Positions 12,456 through 26,778 of a DNA stretch of 64,000 bases are shown here, one piece after another. Each line of letters starts with the position of its first letter. The stretch's first letter is position 1. The translations under genes were made by a program, and so were the position numbers. The DNA comes from Octopus sinensis. Lineage: Eukaryota. The stretch covers positions 57,412,001-57,476,000 of the forward strand of contig NC_043004.1 in assembly GCF_006345805.1 (NCBI RefSeq). The letters are read 5' to 3'. The notes below the pieces were generated by a model. That model did not search any database. It was not told the origin of the DNA and saw only the letters and a list, made by a program, of their open reading frames with translations.

Positions 12456-13040
12456 ACATTAGTCCGTATTTATTTCAACAGTAATATCCTTTTATTTTGT
12501 CAGTTTTTCTACAACCTCCTAGAACATATTTTCTGTCATATAGATATCTTTGAAAATCTGGACATTGATTTGTTTTAAGCGTTGATATTTAAATATAGAC
12601 CACTCGTTTAGACTATTTATCATTTCGTACGTGTTCAAAATGACTTATGTTGTTGTCTTGTATAGAATTTCCTATGTATTTACCACTTTTAGTCTGTTAC
12701 GATATCAATGTCCCGCTATAGGTACCGAATCACTGAAACTTAGTGAAGAAGAAGTAAGATATCATGTGATCAATGGTTTGTATATGTATATATAGTTGAA
12801 ATTTACACAAAAACGAAAGACGAAGAACGTGATTGTGCTATAAGAAGTTTGTTTCCGAATAACATGGTTTCGGTTTCAATATCACTGCATGGAACCATGA
12901 GCAAGTGTTTCTGCTATAGTCTCGGGCCAACTAAAGCCTTCTCAGTGGAGATGGTAAACGAAATCTCAAAGAAACCCACCTTATACACACATACATATGT
13001 GTGTGTGTATGTGCATTACACACACACACACACGACGGGC

Positions 13041-13084
<44 letters not shown>

Positions 13085-14454
13085 GTGGGTGCATGCGTGT
13101 TTGTGTGTGCAACAAATAAAGATGCCTTACATTGTTCTTTGTTATTTTTTGTTGCTGTATTCCCTAAAATTAAAAACAACTTAAGTTTTGCCCTTGTTAT
13201 TTTGCTTATGCATTGGGGCATACGAGGAAATAGACCATAGAATGTGTGAACGGAAAATCCTCTGTATGAGGGCATTAGATCTGCCAGAAATCACAGCCTA
13301 AATTCTGTCAGTTAAAGGTCTGTTACATTGAAGTTTTGACACATTGGCTAACGATAATATTACAAACGCTATGTTTGAAGTCGACGGAATGGGTATGGCT
13401 GGAAAGATTTTGACCACAAAATATCTTGGTCATAAGATGCAACAGTTACAATTCTTATTTATCAGGACTAAGTCCTTGTCAAGTCTGCCGATGTTGAGAT
13501 CTTTTTTTGTATCATTCGGATATTAGGAATATATTTTGCCATTATCTTACAAAAGCATCTTGTAATTTTGTTTTACTTAAGACTTTAGCTTTAGCTTTTT
13601 GTTGCGATTGTTTCCTTATCAAACGCATTGATGTCTGTTATCTCAGGTTCACTTGTATATTTGTTAGCCTCTCTAAGGACGGATAAAAAGAACGTGTTTT
13701 TATTTCTTTGTGATTCCTATCTATTTGTACTAGTTTTCCTCCATTATCTATTACACACGTTTGTAGTTTTAGATCAGATATTTTATAATAGTTTTCTATT
13801 TGCATAAGAAACCTACTTCCCTCTCTTCATAGTAAATATCATCTTTATGTGTCGGATTCAATTTCAGATTTAATATCTCTCGATTGACGAAATCTACGAC
13901 AAAAAAAAAAGGAAGAAACACAATTTTCAATTTCCATTTTATTTTGAAATGTTCTGTTTTGTTATTTATACCTTCCCATCTCCACTTATCTATTTATGTT
14001 TATGTATTTATTCAGTTCATGACTAGTATAAAAAATTTTAAGCACTTTCATCGCCAACGCATCTGGCTATTAAATGATTTACTATCTAAAGTTTAATTGG
14101 TTGTATAAGTAATATATCGTTGATAACGGAGAACATGATTTGATATCAAACACATTTAAAATTTGAGTAAACTGTAATCTAACTACATGTTTTTCATGAT
14201 AGCCATTGCGGGTGTGAGGAGTGAAAAGGGACCGGAAATAGTTATGTTCAATAAAATTGAGACGTGTTAATTTTTTTTTTCAAACATGGCGGAGCGATGA
14301 CAAGCGCCTGTTATCATTTACAGGCGTAATCGACTTACTCCCAACCTCAAACTTGTGGGTCTCGTGCCAAAATTTGAAGTCATTATTATTATTCTTTCTA
14401 ATATTGGAACAAGACCAGCAGTTTTGTGTAGAGGAGGCAAGTTGATTACATTTC

Positions 14455-14601
14455 ATTGGTACTTTATCATGTCGATCGTGAACGAATTTGTATGCAAAGT
14501 TGATCGGGGCGGAATTTGCGCTCAAAATATAAAATGTCGGATTAAATGCCGTCAGACACATTTTTTCGTATACACTAACGGTTTTACAAGCTCACCGCCT
14601 T
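14455..14601 (-). mobile_element. SINE family B, decayed
   Basis: Reverse complement begins taaggcggtgagcttgtaaaaccgttagt; contains the B-box remnant. Confidence 0.7.
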
Positions 14602-14832
14602 ACAAGCGAACATTAAGAAATAACAACATGTGATGATATCAACGTCATTTTGTATTGTTAAAAATGTCAATGTTTTCTAAGGAGTGGATATTTCAATTCT
14701 ATCCGTGCCATATAATGTCGAATTCATGCACATTTATAATATTGCTTTCACATTTTGGCATAAATTCGGGGGAGGGAGCAAATTGAGTGCATCCACCCCT
14801 AACACTTGTGTTTATACTATTAGAACAGTAAA

Positions 14833-15020
14833 AAGGCAGCGATCTTACAGAATCGTTAGCATGCCGAACGAATTGCTTAGCGGTATATCATCCGTCTACA
14901 TGTTCCGGGTTCAAATTCCGTCGAGGAAAACTTTGCTTTTCATCCTTTCGGGGTTGATTAAGTATAAATTAAGTAACTCCCAACAAAAATGTCGGTCCTT
15001 GTGCCTCGAGTGGAAAAAAA
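14833..15020 (+). mobile_element. SINE family B copy
   Basis: aaggcagcga...cagaatcgttagcatgccgaacgaattgcttagcggtat...gggttcaaattccgtcgagg...ttcatcctttcggggttgat. Confidence 0.85.
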
Positions 15021-15504
15021 TAATAAAATATGATACATAATAAATGTTTGTGTGTGCGTGTGCGTGTGTGTGTGCATGTGAGTGAGCATGTGTGTGTGTA
15101 TGTGTGTTTGCGTGTGTGTGAGTGTGTGTTTAGAAATACCATCGTGCGGAAAGGCAAACAATTAACATATAAGGTTGTACTTGCGTGGGCGTACAAGGAA
15201 GCAGGTGGATTTCTGTGAAGTTGAAAGGGATAATAAAAATTTTCTTGAACTTAATATATACGCTTTCTATAATTTATTCATACATTCTTATTACCGGCTC
15301 AGATGTGTGTATGTATGTGTGTGTATGTGTGTGTCTCTTCGTGCATGCGTATAGACTTGTATCTGTATGCATTTATATATGAATATATGTGTATGTACGT
15401 GATACATATAGATACACATTTTATATATGAGTCTCCCTCCCTCCCTCTCTCTCTCTATATATATACATATAAGTATACATAGCTATGTGTATGACCGTAT
15501 ACTA

Positions 15505-15877
15505 TATATATATATGCATGTATATATATATATATATACATGTATATGTATATATACATGTATATATATATATATGTATATATATGTATATATATATATA
15601 CATATAAATATATATATATACATGTATAAATATATATATACATGTATATATGTATATATATATAGTATATATACATGTATATATAATAATATATATATAT
15701 ATATATACACATATAAATATATATACATGTATATATATATATATATATATACATGTATATATTATATATATATGTATATGTATATATATATACATGTATA
15801 TATATATATATATACATGTATATGTATATATATATACATGTATATATATATATATATGCATGTATATGTATATATAT

Positions 15878-15915
<38 letters not shown>

Positions 15916-16045
15916 ATGTATATATATATACATGTATATATATATATATATAATATATACATGTATATGTATATATATATACATGTAATATATATATATA
16001 CATGTATATATATATATATACATGTTATATATATATATATACATG

Positions 16046-16079
<34 letters not shown>

Positions 16080-16091
16080 TGTATATGTATA

Positions 16092-16137
<46 letters not shown>

Positions 16138-16229
16138 ATGTATATATATACATGTATATGTATATATAATATACATGTATATGTATATATATATACATGT
16201 ATATGTATATATATATATACATGTATATG

Positions 16230-16267
<38 letters not shown>

Positions 16268-16275
16268 GCATACAT
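15505..16275. repeat. CATG/(TA)n compound satellite, array 1
   Basis: Recurrent catgtatatgtatatata and catgtatatata units. Confidence 0.95.
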
Positions 16276-16399
16276 ATATTTATAAAAGGAATTCCAACCT
16301 TGTCCGATTTTCACGTTTTATTTACAATCTTATAATGATATATTATAAGATAATATATTATAATTGAATAAAATAAAATGAAATAGTAGAATGTTAAAT

Positions 16400-17613
16400 G
16401 TTCATTCTGATTGAACTAGTACTTTCATGCATTGAATTCTGCAATCTTCGGGTTCATGTAGTAGTGGTGACAGTCATGCTTCACAATTTTTGACTGTAGC
16501 AAGATGATGGATTCTGTGCTATTAGGTTTGCAAACTGTATTCTGACCAATCAGTGTGTAGTATCACTCAATTACTTAAGCTGATTGGTTGGTTGAGCTGA
16601 TTGGTTTAGGCATCACGCTTTGTTGGGCATGTCAAGAGTCCTGTATCTTGACCCTGGCCAAAGCAGCAATTGTTGGGTTATTTTTAGAAATGTTGTAAAT
16701 ATCCTTTGTCAGAGATTTTTATATTTTTATATTTCAATTGTCATCATCATCATTGTCAGCACCTTAATTATTGTTGCTAGTGGTGATGGTGGTGGCAATA
16801 GAACTTTTAACCCTAAATAAGATAATTTTCCTGCTATCTTCATCTTGATCACCTTTAGTATTGTTGTTGTTGTTAGTGGTCATGGTCGTAGCAGTGGAAG
16901 TAGTACCTCTAAGTATTATTATTATTGCTTATTTAGCTTGGGTTCGAATTTATCAATAAAATTATTTTCTCTGATTCTCCTCTCGATTTCACTTGGGCTG
17001 TGTAATATGTAGAACGGAAATATTATATGCATTTTCCGGCCACATGTTGCTAGGTGGTTACTCAAAGGTATATGACGGACCTCTGGGTCTCTAATCTGTT
17101 GCCGGTGTACACGTGAGCGTTCTAATAGTGCGTTTCCCGTCTGACCTACATATATTTCTTCACAATTTGGGTATTTGATGCAGTAAATTAAATTTCTGCT
17201 TTTGCAGTTCATATTCGCGTTTGTGAATATTTCCCCGGTTTTTGTGTTTATATATTGACCGGTATGTATGAATTGGCATGTGCCACATCGGCTATCATTG
17301 CATTTAGATACCGTGAATGATTGATCTTTGTTGCTAAGGTCAAATTTTGCCTTTCTAGTAATGTTTTCAGGTTTTTAGGCTGTCTTTTACTAAGCACCAT
17401 AGCTCGATCCGTGATTATGTCTTTTAATTCATTACTTTGGGCAATGATTGGTAGGTTTGCTTTGGCAATGTTGAAGATATTCTGGTGACATGGGTTGTGT
17501 GTCACTATGAATGGTATGACCCAAGGAAGAGGAAAACAAGAACAAGTCATAACATTCATAGTGACGCACAACCCATGTCACCAGAATATCTTCAACATTG
17601 CCAAAGCAAACCT
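16400..17613 (-). mobile_element. Penelope-like element 3' portion (RT-EN linker + GIY-YIG + 3' region) with 5' inverted duplication
   Basis: PFIVTHNP...KRQPKNLKTLL then MNCKSRNLIYCIKYPNCEEIYVGQTG...ERSRVHRQQIR...EPKLN, the PLE GIY-YIG signature; frameshifted. The 3' boundary is approximate. Confidence 0.88.
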
Positions 17614-17643
17614 GTCAATCTAACAAGAACGTGACAGTCGGGG

Positions 17644-18144
17644 GTATATATATATATACATATATATATATATTATACATGTATATGTATATATATATAT
17701 ATATATATACATACATGTATATGTATGTATATATATATTATATATATATACATGTATATGTATAAATATATATATATACATGTATATATATATATACATG
17801 TATATATATGTGTGTATATATATATATATAGATAGATATATACATGTATATATATATATACATGTATATATATATATATGTAATATATATATACATGTAT
17901 ACATATATATATATATACATGTATATATATATATATATATACATGTATTATATATATACATGTATATATATATACATGTAATTATGTATATACATGTAAT
18001 ATATATATATATACATGTATATATATATATACATGTATATATATATATAACATGTATATATATACATGTATATATATATAGATACATGTATATATATATA
18101 TACATGTATATATATATATACATGTATATATATATATAACATGT

Positions 18145-18176
<32 letters not shown>

Positions 18177-18673
18177 ATATATATATATATACATGTATAT
18201 AATATATATATACATGTTATATATATATATACATGTATATATATATATACATGTATATATATAATATATACATGTATATATATATATATAATATATATAC
18301 ATGTTATATATATATATATGTATATATATTATACATGTATATATAATATATATACATATATATATATATATAATATATATATATTATATATATACATGTA
18401 TTATATATATATACATGTTATATATATATATATACCATGTATATATATTATATATATATATACATGTTATATATATATATATACATGTATATAATATATA
18501 TATATACTGTATATATATATATATTATACATGTATATATATATTATATACATGTATATATATGTATATATACATGTATATATATATATATAATGTATATA
18601 TATATATATATACATGTTATATATATATAACATGTATATATATTATACATGTATATATATTATATATATATAT
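17644..18673. repeat. CATG/(TA)n compound satellite, array 2
   Basis: Direct. Confidence 0.95.
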
Positions 18674-19033
18674 CTACGTCCTGGTTTTGTTTTGTTGTTT
18701 ATTTTTTATTTTTACCGTTATTGTTTTTACGTTTTGTATTCTTATTGGTGTCACGTATTCTGTATTTTTGTTTGTGTACTTCGTTCGTTTTCCGTCCTCG
18801 CGTTGTATACATTCGAAGCTTCTTCCAGGGGATCTAATGCGCTTGGCTTAGATTTCCCTTGGCGGGCTGGCCATATCGGAGCAATCTCAAGATTAATCAG
18901 CCGAAATTGCTAAGATGATCTGGTTCTTGACTGATGACTGAGGGCTTCGAATGTCCCGTCTTGTGGTTCTTGTGTCGTCTCTGTGGTGTTTCATGTTCTT
19001 GTCCATGTCTGTAATTATTTTTACTGTTTACCT
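18674..19033 (+). mobile_element. Non-coding repeat unit between TA satellites, probably a Penelope pseudo-LTR or non-autonomous derivative
   Basis: T-rich ends, embedded in (TA)n, carries a hammerhead-like motif. The PLE assignment is inference. Confidence 0.5.
18880..18946 (+). ncRNA. Candidate hammerhead ribozyme with reverse strand order (pseudoknotted)
   Basis: AGCAAT-C-TCAAGA / GAA-ATTGCT / TCTTGA-CTGATGA give perfect 6-bp helices III and I around a single unpaired C and an intact core; helix II is imperfect. Confidence 0.55.
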
Positions 19034-19191
19034 ATATATATTATATATATATATATATATATACATGTATATATATATATATATACATGTATATATATAT
19101 ATATATATACAGTATATATATATATATATACATGTATATATATATATATACATGTATATATATATATACATGTATATATATATGTATGTAT

Positions 19192-19225
<34 letters not shown>

Positions 19226-19352
19226 CATGTATATATGTATATATATTATATACATGTATATATATGTATATATATATATTACATATATATATACATGTAT
19301 ATATGTATATATATGTATATACATGTATATATTATATATATATATATATATA

Positions 19353-19391
<39 letters not shown>

Positions 19392-19502
19392 ATATTATAT
19401 ATACATGTTATATATATATATATATACAGTATATATATATATATATATACATGTATATATATATATATACATGTATATTATATATACATGTATATATATA
19501 TG

Positions 19503-19551
<49 letters not shown>

Positions 19552-20625
19552 ATATGTATATATATATATACATGTATATATATATGTATATATATATATA
19601 TACATATATATATATACATGTAATATGTATATATATGTATATGTATATATATATGTATATATATATATATACTGTATATATATATATAACATGTATATAT
19701 ATATATACTGTATATATATATATATATATATCTATATATATATATTACATGTATATGTATATATTATATATATATATATAAATGTATATGTATATATATA
19801 TATATACATGTATATGTATATATATATACATGTATATGTATATATATATATACATGTACATGTATATATATATATACATGTATATGTATATATATATACA
19901 TGTATATGTATATATATATATACATGTATATGTATATATATATACATGTATATGTATATATATATACATGTATATGTATATATATATATATATACATGTA
20001 TATGTATATATATGTATATATATACATGTATATGTATATATATACATGTATATGTATATATATATATATACATGTATATGTATATATATGTATATGTATA
20101 TATATATACATGGATATATATATATATACATGTATATGTATATATATATACATGTATAGTATATATATACATGTATATGTATATATATATCTATATATAC
20201 ATGTATATGTATAGATATACATGTATATGTATATATATATATATATAACATGTATATGTATAATATATACATGTATATGTATATATATATATATATACAT
20301 GTAAATGTATATATATATACATGTATATGTATATATATACATGTATATATAGATATATATATATATATATACTGTATATATATATATATATACATGTATA
20401 TGTATATATATATACATGTATGTATATATATATATATATATATACACATTTATTTCGTATACATATATATGTATATATATATATAATGTATATGTATATA
20501 TATATATATTATAATATATACACATTTATTTCGTATACATATATATGTATATATATATATACATGTATATGTATATATATATATATATATATACACATTT
20601 TTTCGTATACATATATATGCATATA
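19034..20625. repeat. CATG/(TA)n compound satellite, array 3, with a higher-order triplicated end
   Basis: Direct; cacattt(a)tttcgtatacatatatatg recurs at about 20446, 20521 and 20594. Confidence 0.95.
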
Positions 20626-20984
20626 GTGCAGTTTCTAATGTAACGGCAAACTACATTTCGTATGTTTGGTTGACAAATGTCAAAGCTTTTATGCGGATTT
20701 TAGAAATATGTCCGTGTAAACATTTTTAGCATTAACCTTTTCACTGAGTTAATCATCAGAGTAACTTAGAGTTGTACCCTTGGAAACAAATAAAGATCTA
20801 GTTGTGATCAGTCTATTTGTTAGAAAACGCAGCTAAATATTTCACAAATAGTTTCATGACGTAGTTGTAAACAATGAAGACTGCATACCGATGGAAAGAA
20901 CGGATTCAGTGTTGGGGGTCATGCATGGGAACGGACAACATTGATGATTTGTTCTATTCTTTTATTAATTTACTTATTTCATTT

Positions 20985-21340
20985 ATATGACTGTGGCAGT
21001 GCTGGAGCACTAACTGAATTGTTTTTTCTTTCGAATAAATCGAACGAAGACCCTATTGTTTTTTAACCCAGGAACCTATTCTGTCTGAATCTTTGGCTAA
21101 TCGTTAAGTTACGGGCCACAAAAAGATCAGCACTGGTTGTCAAACACAAAGTAACACACTCATAGATATATACATGTATACATACGGTAGGCTTCTTCCA
21201 GTTTCCGTCTACCAAATGCACTCGCATGGCTTTGGTCGGCCCGAAGTTTTAGTAGACGACATTTGCCCAAAGTTCCACGCAGTGGGACTGAACCCGGAAC
21301 CCGGAACAGCTTCTTACTACACAGCCACGTCTGCGCCTGT
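20985..21340 (-). mobile_element. SINE family A, diverged
   Basis: cagtttccgtctaccaaat...gcagtgggactgaacccggaac...acacagccac..ctgcgcctgt. Confidence 0.85.
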
Positions 21341-23887
21341 CTTCTTGATGTTTGTATATCGTTCATCACATTTTTAAAACGACAATGGCAACAACATTAT
21401 TCACCTTCAGTAATCCCTTTCATTTAGCCACAGATAGCATTTAGATAGAATGTATTGTTATGTATAAATATAAAACGTTGAAAGCGGTTAAGATTATGAA
21501 AAAATATGTATCGAAGGACTGAATAAAGTTAAAGGACTTTACACAATAGATGTTGATCAATTTCCTTTTAGTTGATGTTACCAGCGAATAATTAAAACAG
21601 TATTCAGTTTAAAACGGAGACCACTTTCTCCAGATGAGAAAACACCACAAGCATATATCAGGCTATTCTACATCATTGATTAGAAAATCCTTCCCTCTCC
21701 GTCTAGTGCTCTTGGGTCATGGGTTCTTCACAGGTGATGCATTTAAGTTGTTTGTATCTTTCCTCCTGCAAGCGGTTTTCCTCAAGTCTCCATCCTTTCT
21801 ATGGATGGGATGACATTGAGAAGAACGTTTCTGGCACTTGTTGTTACAAGTGTCGGTCAATGTGTCATACTATTTTTTCCTTGTTGTTACTGCTGGTTGT
21901 GATCATGGGAGGCCCAACGTATTCTTCTTGGTAAAATTCTAAAGATAAAGGGGAAACCCACAGTTTCTGCGTCTCCAAAGGGGCTCTTACAGTTGCTTCA
22001 GAATCCGAAAGCTTACTGGCTGGAAGCTATTGATACAGTTTTATTTTCAATTTTTCTAAGCAAAGGGCCTTTACTAGTCCTTTATTACCGCACATGTAGG
22101 GGCCAAGATCTCCTCTGTGAATGACCAGTTGTATTTCGGTACCTCATACAGAGTAAAATTCTTGGATCGTTTTCTACTCCTGGGAGTTTACGAGTACTTC
22201 TGTTTCCATGGTAACAACGCCCAACCACATGTCGTTATATGTCTTGTCACCACTCTTTACTTGTCTATATCCCGTACATCAAAGTCTTCGTCGTTATCAT
22301 TGGTGGTGACACTGAAGTTGCTTCATGTACTGCGTGATTTAAGCGCTTTTACTTTTATCCCTTAATTTTAAAAAGAAAACATAGAATTGTATGTGTTTAC
22401 TTCCCTGCAAAATAAATTTTTATGACACATCTATAACAAGACTGATATCAATTATTCTATTGGAGGCTCAAAGAACGCCTATACGGTTTTGGCACGATAT
22501 CTGACAAAGAAGAGAACATATTTTTTTCCTTATGCTGTATGTGCACGATTACTTATAGCAGATTAATATCGTTTTTTTGGACATAATGTTGTTATTCCTA
22601 CAATAAATGCTTCATATTTACGGCCATTTTATATAAAAGTATGATTTCAAATTTCGGTGGATTGAAGATGGGTGTTAGAAATATTTTTGGTTCCGTTGTT
22701 GATTGTAAGCGTTGTCTTCAATGTCACTGATGATCCGCATTGACCATATATAAATGTTCTGGACAAATCTTTCCACGACTATTATTTTCTTGAACATGTA
22801 TGTTTTAAAACAATAACTGTGTTTGCGTAATATTTTACAAAGCTAGCGCCATATCACTTCTTAAAAAACGTGAGAATTATTTATTGGATTTCGAAATAAG
22901 TAAAACACTCCGTAAACATAGAATACAAAAATGATGTGAATGATTAGAAGCGGTCAGATTCAGAGCGTTATACACTCGTACAATCTCTTGGAACTGGATA
23001 CGTCGCCGAGTTCGTGTCCTGTTAATGACAGCTGGCTTAGTATGGAATTGTAATTTCTTATCATCTACAACCACAGATTCAGGACAATATAGCATTCACG
23101 GATTTGAGAACAAACGAGTTGCTTCTGCGAGCAAATGTGAACATTCCGAAGTTTAAAAGTGGGGACAAAAAACGTGTTGATTCGGGTATAGGGAAAAGAA
23201 TGGTATTTTAAGGGACGTTGAAATCATAAACAAACTGTGAAATATTGTAGGTATAGTATATCTTGCACTAAAATAGGCATCTTCTCGGAAGATGGTACAC
23301 ATTTATTTCTTCTAACCAACAAACAAAATGTCAACATGCGTCTTTGAATGCAACGAGTAGAAATGTGTTGTGTGACAGAGGAAAAAAGTCCTAGTGCTCA
23401 GGTGTAACTTAGACGTTGGAGCGGATGTTTATAACTGTTTTTAATATTTTCTTAAATCATAAACGTATAACAAGTTATAACTAATTATACTTAGTTTCAC
23501 TAAGTGTTAATATGGAGTGTATTATAATTACTTTCCTGGCGTTCTTGTAAGCTTCTGTTTTACTTTCTCCACATTTTTATCACTTTATAAATATTTGCTA
23601 TATGTAAGGATAGGGCCTTGCAGCAGAAGCGATAATAATGATGATGATAATAATAATTATAATGTTGTTGTATTTGTTATTAGTATATTGTAATCATCCT
23701 TCTTATATACGTTGCTGTTTGTAACTATTTCATTGACTTTTAGACTGAAATCAAGTATACATTATTTCCATAGTACGAGAAAAAGAAATAGTGGAGGAAA
23801 AACAGTTAGCTAAACCTAACTATACAGCTAGGGTTGTCTGATAATAGCACTGACACACACACACACATATTACAGCACTGACAAACA

Positions 23888-23889
<2 letters not shown>

Positions 23890-23940
<51 letters not shown>
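23890..23940. repeat. (CA)n microsatellite
   Basis: Direct. Confidence 0.95.
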
Positions 23941-23944
<4 letters not shown>

Positions 23945-24389
23945 ACAGAAGTGAATCAAATGCACAGACACACAAACACACACAGACAATTGTGTGAGTG
24001 TTGGTGATTCAGTATTGATTGCGTACGCACCAATGACAGCGCCCCTGTGTGGGTTTTTTTACGTGTACATTCATATTTTCATGGATTGCATTCTAAACAT
24101 GATAACAGAAAAAAAAACAGAACAAAACCAAAAAAAAAATAAAACAGAAGGGAGAAGAAAATGGCTATATTGTTTAATCTTTTTTGGTAATATCTCTACA
24201 GGTTTTATTTCTAAAGAGAAGTGAACAAGGAATGATAAAAAGAAAATGATAACAAAGTTTCTTCCTTTTGTCATTTATTCACGAATTTCCTCTCTGCTAT
24301 TCCAGATGCGTAAGCATATATTTTGTAGACAATCTTGCAATACTTTCCTTAGATACCGAATATATGATTGTTTGGTGCGTGCGAGTAAC

Positions 24390-25135
<746 letters not shown>

Positions 25136-25456
25136 TATATATACATGAGTATGTGGAAGGTCTAGAGAGTTAATGACCCTCTATGTGTATATGTTTGATA
25201 TTTTGCGTAACACAGCAATCTGAATACCTTTGTAGTCTTGTGGCACAAAGATGTCCAAAAACAAGCGCTGACTCAAATACACATACAGGTATATGCTCAT
25301 GTACGTATACAAACACACTTTCTGTACACTTCATATGGGCATGTGGCACGCATTCTGTTAACGTAAAACAGTTTTGCAAGTACGCACATCAATGCCCAAG
25401 TCAAATATTCGAAACGAATACTTAATAAGACAATTTTTGTTTCATTTTATCTGCAG

Positions 25457-25527
25457 TAATTGGAGGATCACTGCAACAATATTGTCACTTAGCTAAACGT
25501 TTCCTCCATAGCTGCAAAACATACTAA
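25457..25527 (+). CDS. Candidate terminal exon (IGGSLQQYCHLAKRFLHSCKTY*)
   Basis: Acceptor ttttgtttcattttatctgcag; open in phase 1 to TAA; no homology recognised. Confidence 0.2.
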
Positions 25528-26207
25528 GGGCGCAACGACGCTTTTCATAGAGGAAGCCTGGCTCTGGGGTTTTTTTTTTTGTACTGCAACAAATGTTTTT
25601 GTTGTTGTTAATATTGATAAATTTGTTTGCTTTGTATCGATAGTCGTCGTAATATCTTTTACTTGATTTTCTTTCCAGCTTTCTTTCTTCTTATTTTTTT
25701 TCTTCTCTTGTTTTATCTCTGGCTGGTGGAGCAGTATTGTAATTTCTGTGCCGCTATATAGCTAGCATTATCATAGTTCGTTTTTAGTATGATTATTATA
25801 TATTTTGTTGTTTATATTCGTGATTTGGGATAGTAGTAGTCTACTTATGTAATCGTAGAATTTATTATTCATCTTTGGTGTGGTTCGGGATTTCAGTTAT
25901 GTATATGAATGACAAACAAGAATAGGCAACTGCTCTTTCTTATGTTATGTTGTTCTTGCTGTTGTTGATTAGCACCAAATCGTAGACCCAAATCGCAGAC
26001 CCAATCGTAACGATTTCGTTTAAGACTATATTGTTAAATTTGTGCCTCTTAATTTTCTATGGCTTTATCTTAGAGAAATTTTCTACTGTTTTTAATCAAA
26101 TTAGTAACCGATAAGACCCTCGTTCATTTACTCAGCGTTTGTGTTATTCGTATCTATTTAGTAATGGTTAATATTTGAGAAGTGACATAATTCTATTGTT
26201 TTGGCAG

Positions 26208-26276
26208 CGGAAACAACACGAACATATGTTTGCAGATCTACAGGAATTGCGGATGATGAATTGAGCATCATTAATG
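26208..26276 (+). CDS. Candidate internal phase 1-1 exon (ETTRTYVCRSTGIADDELSIIN)
   Basis: Acceptor ttctattgttttggcag, donor G|gtgaat, 69 nt, open frame. Confidence 0.3.
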
Positions 26277-26357
26277 GTGAATGTTGTGAAGATACAGAAA
26301 CTTATATGAAAAATTGAAATTGCAAAGATACTCAAAATTTAGTGTGTATCAACATTT

Positions 26358-26529
26358 AGGCGCAAGAATGGCTGTGTGGTAAGGAGCTTGCTTACCAACT
26401 ACATGGTTCTGGGTTCATTCCCACTGTGTGGCACCTTGGGCTTGTGTCATCTACTATAGCCACGGGCTGACTAAGTCCTTGTGAGTGGATATGGTAGACG
26501 GAAACTGAAAGAAGCTCATCGTATATATG

Positions 26530-26560
<31 letters not shown>

Positions 26561-26778
26561 ATGTATATGTTTGTGTGTCTGTGTTTGTCCCCCCCAACAT
26601 CGCTTGACAACCGATGCTGGTGTGTTGGCGTCCCCGTAACTTAGCGGTTCGGCAAAAGAGACCGATAGAATAAGTACTAGGCTTACAAAGAATAAGTCCT
26701 GGGGTCGATTTGCTCTACTAAAGGCGGTGCTCTAGCATGGTCGCAGTCAAGTGAAACAGGTAAAAGAGTAAAAGAGTA
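26358..26778 (+). mobile_element. SINE family A, full length
   Basis: aggcgcaagaatggctgtgtggtaag head to (taaaagag)2 tail. Confidence 0.95.

Noticed and set aside
15427-20626. Very long ORFs (up to 421 aa) rich in Y/I/H/M/C
   Set aside because: Translations of TA/CATG satellites, which lack stop codons by composition; the same applies to similar ORFs near 24.5 kb, 37 kb, 43.8 kb and 48 kb.
22877-23220. Overlapping short ORFs on both strands as exons
   Set aside because: Several frames are open by chance, none has a consistent acceptor/donor pair, and no family is recognisable.
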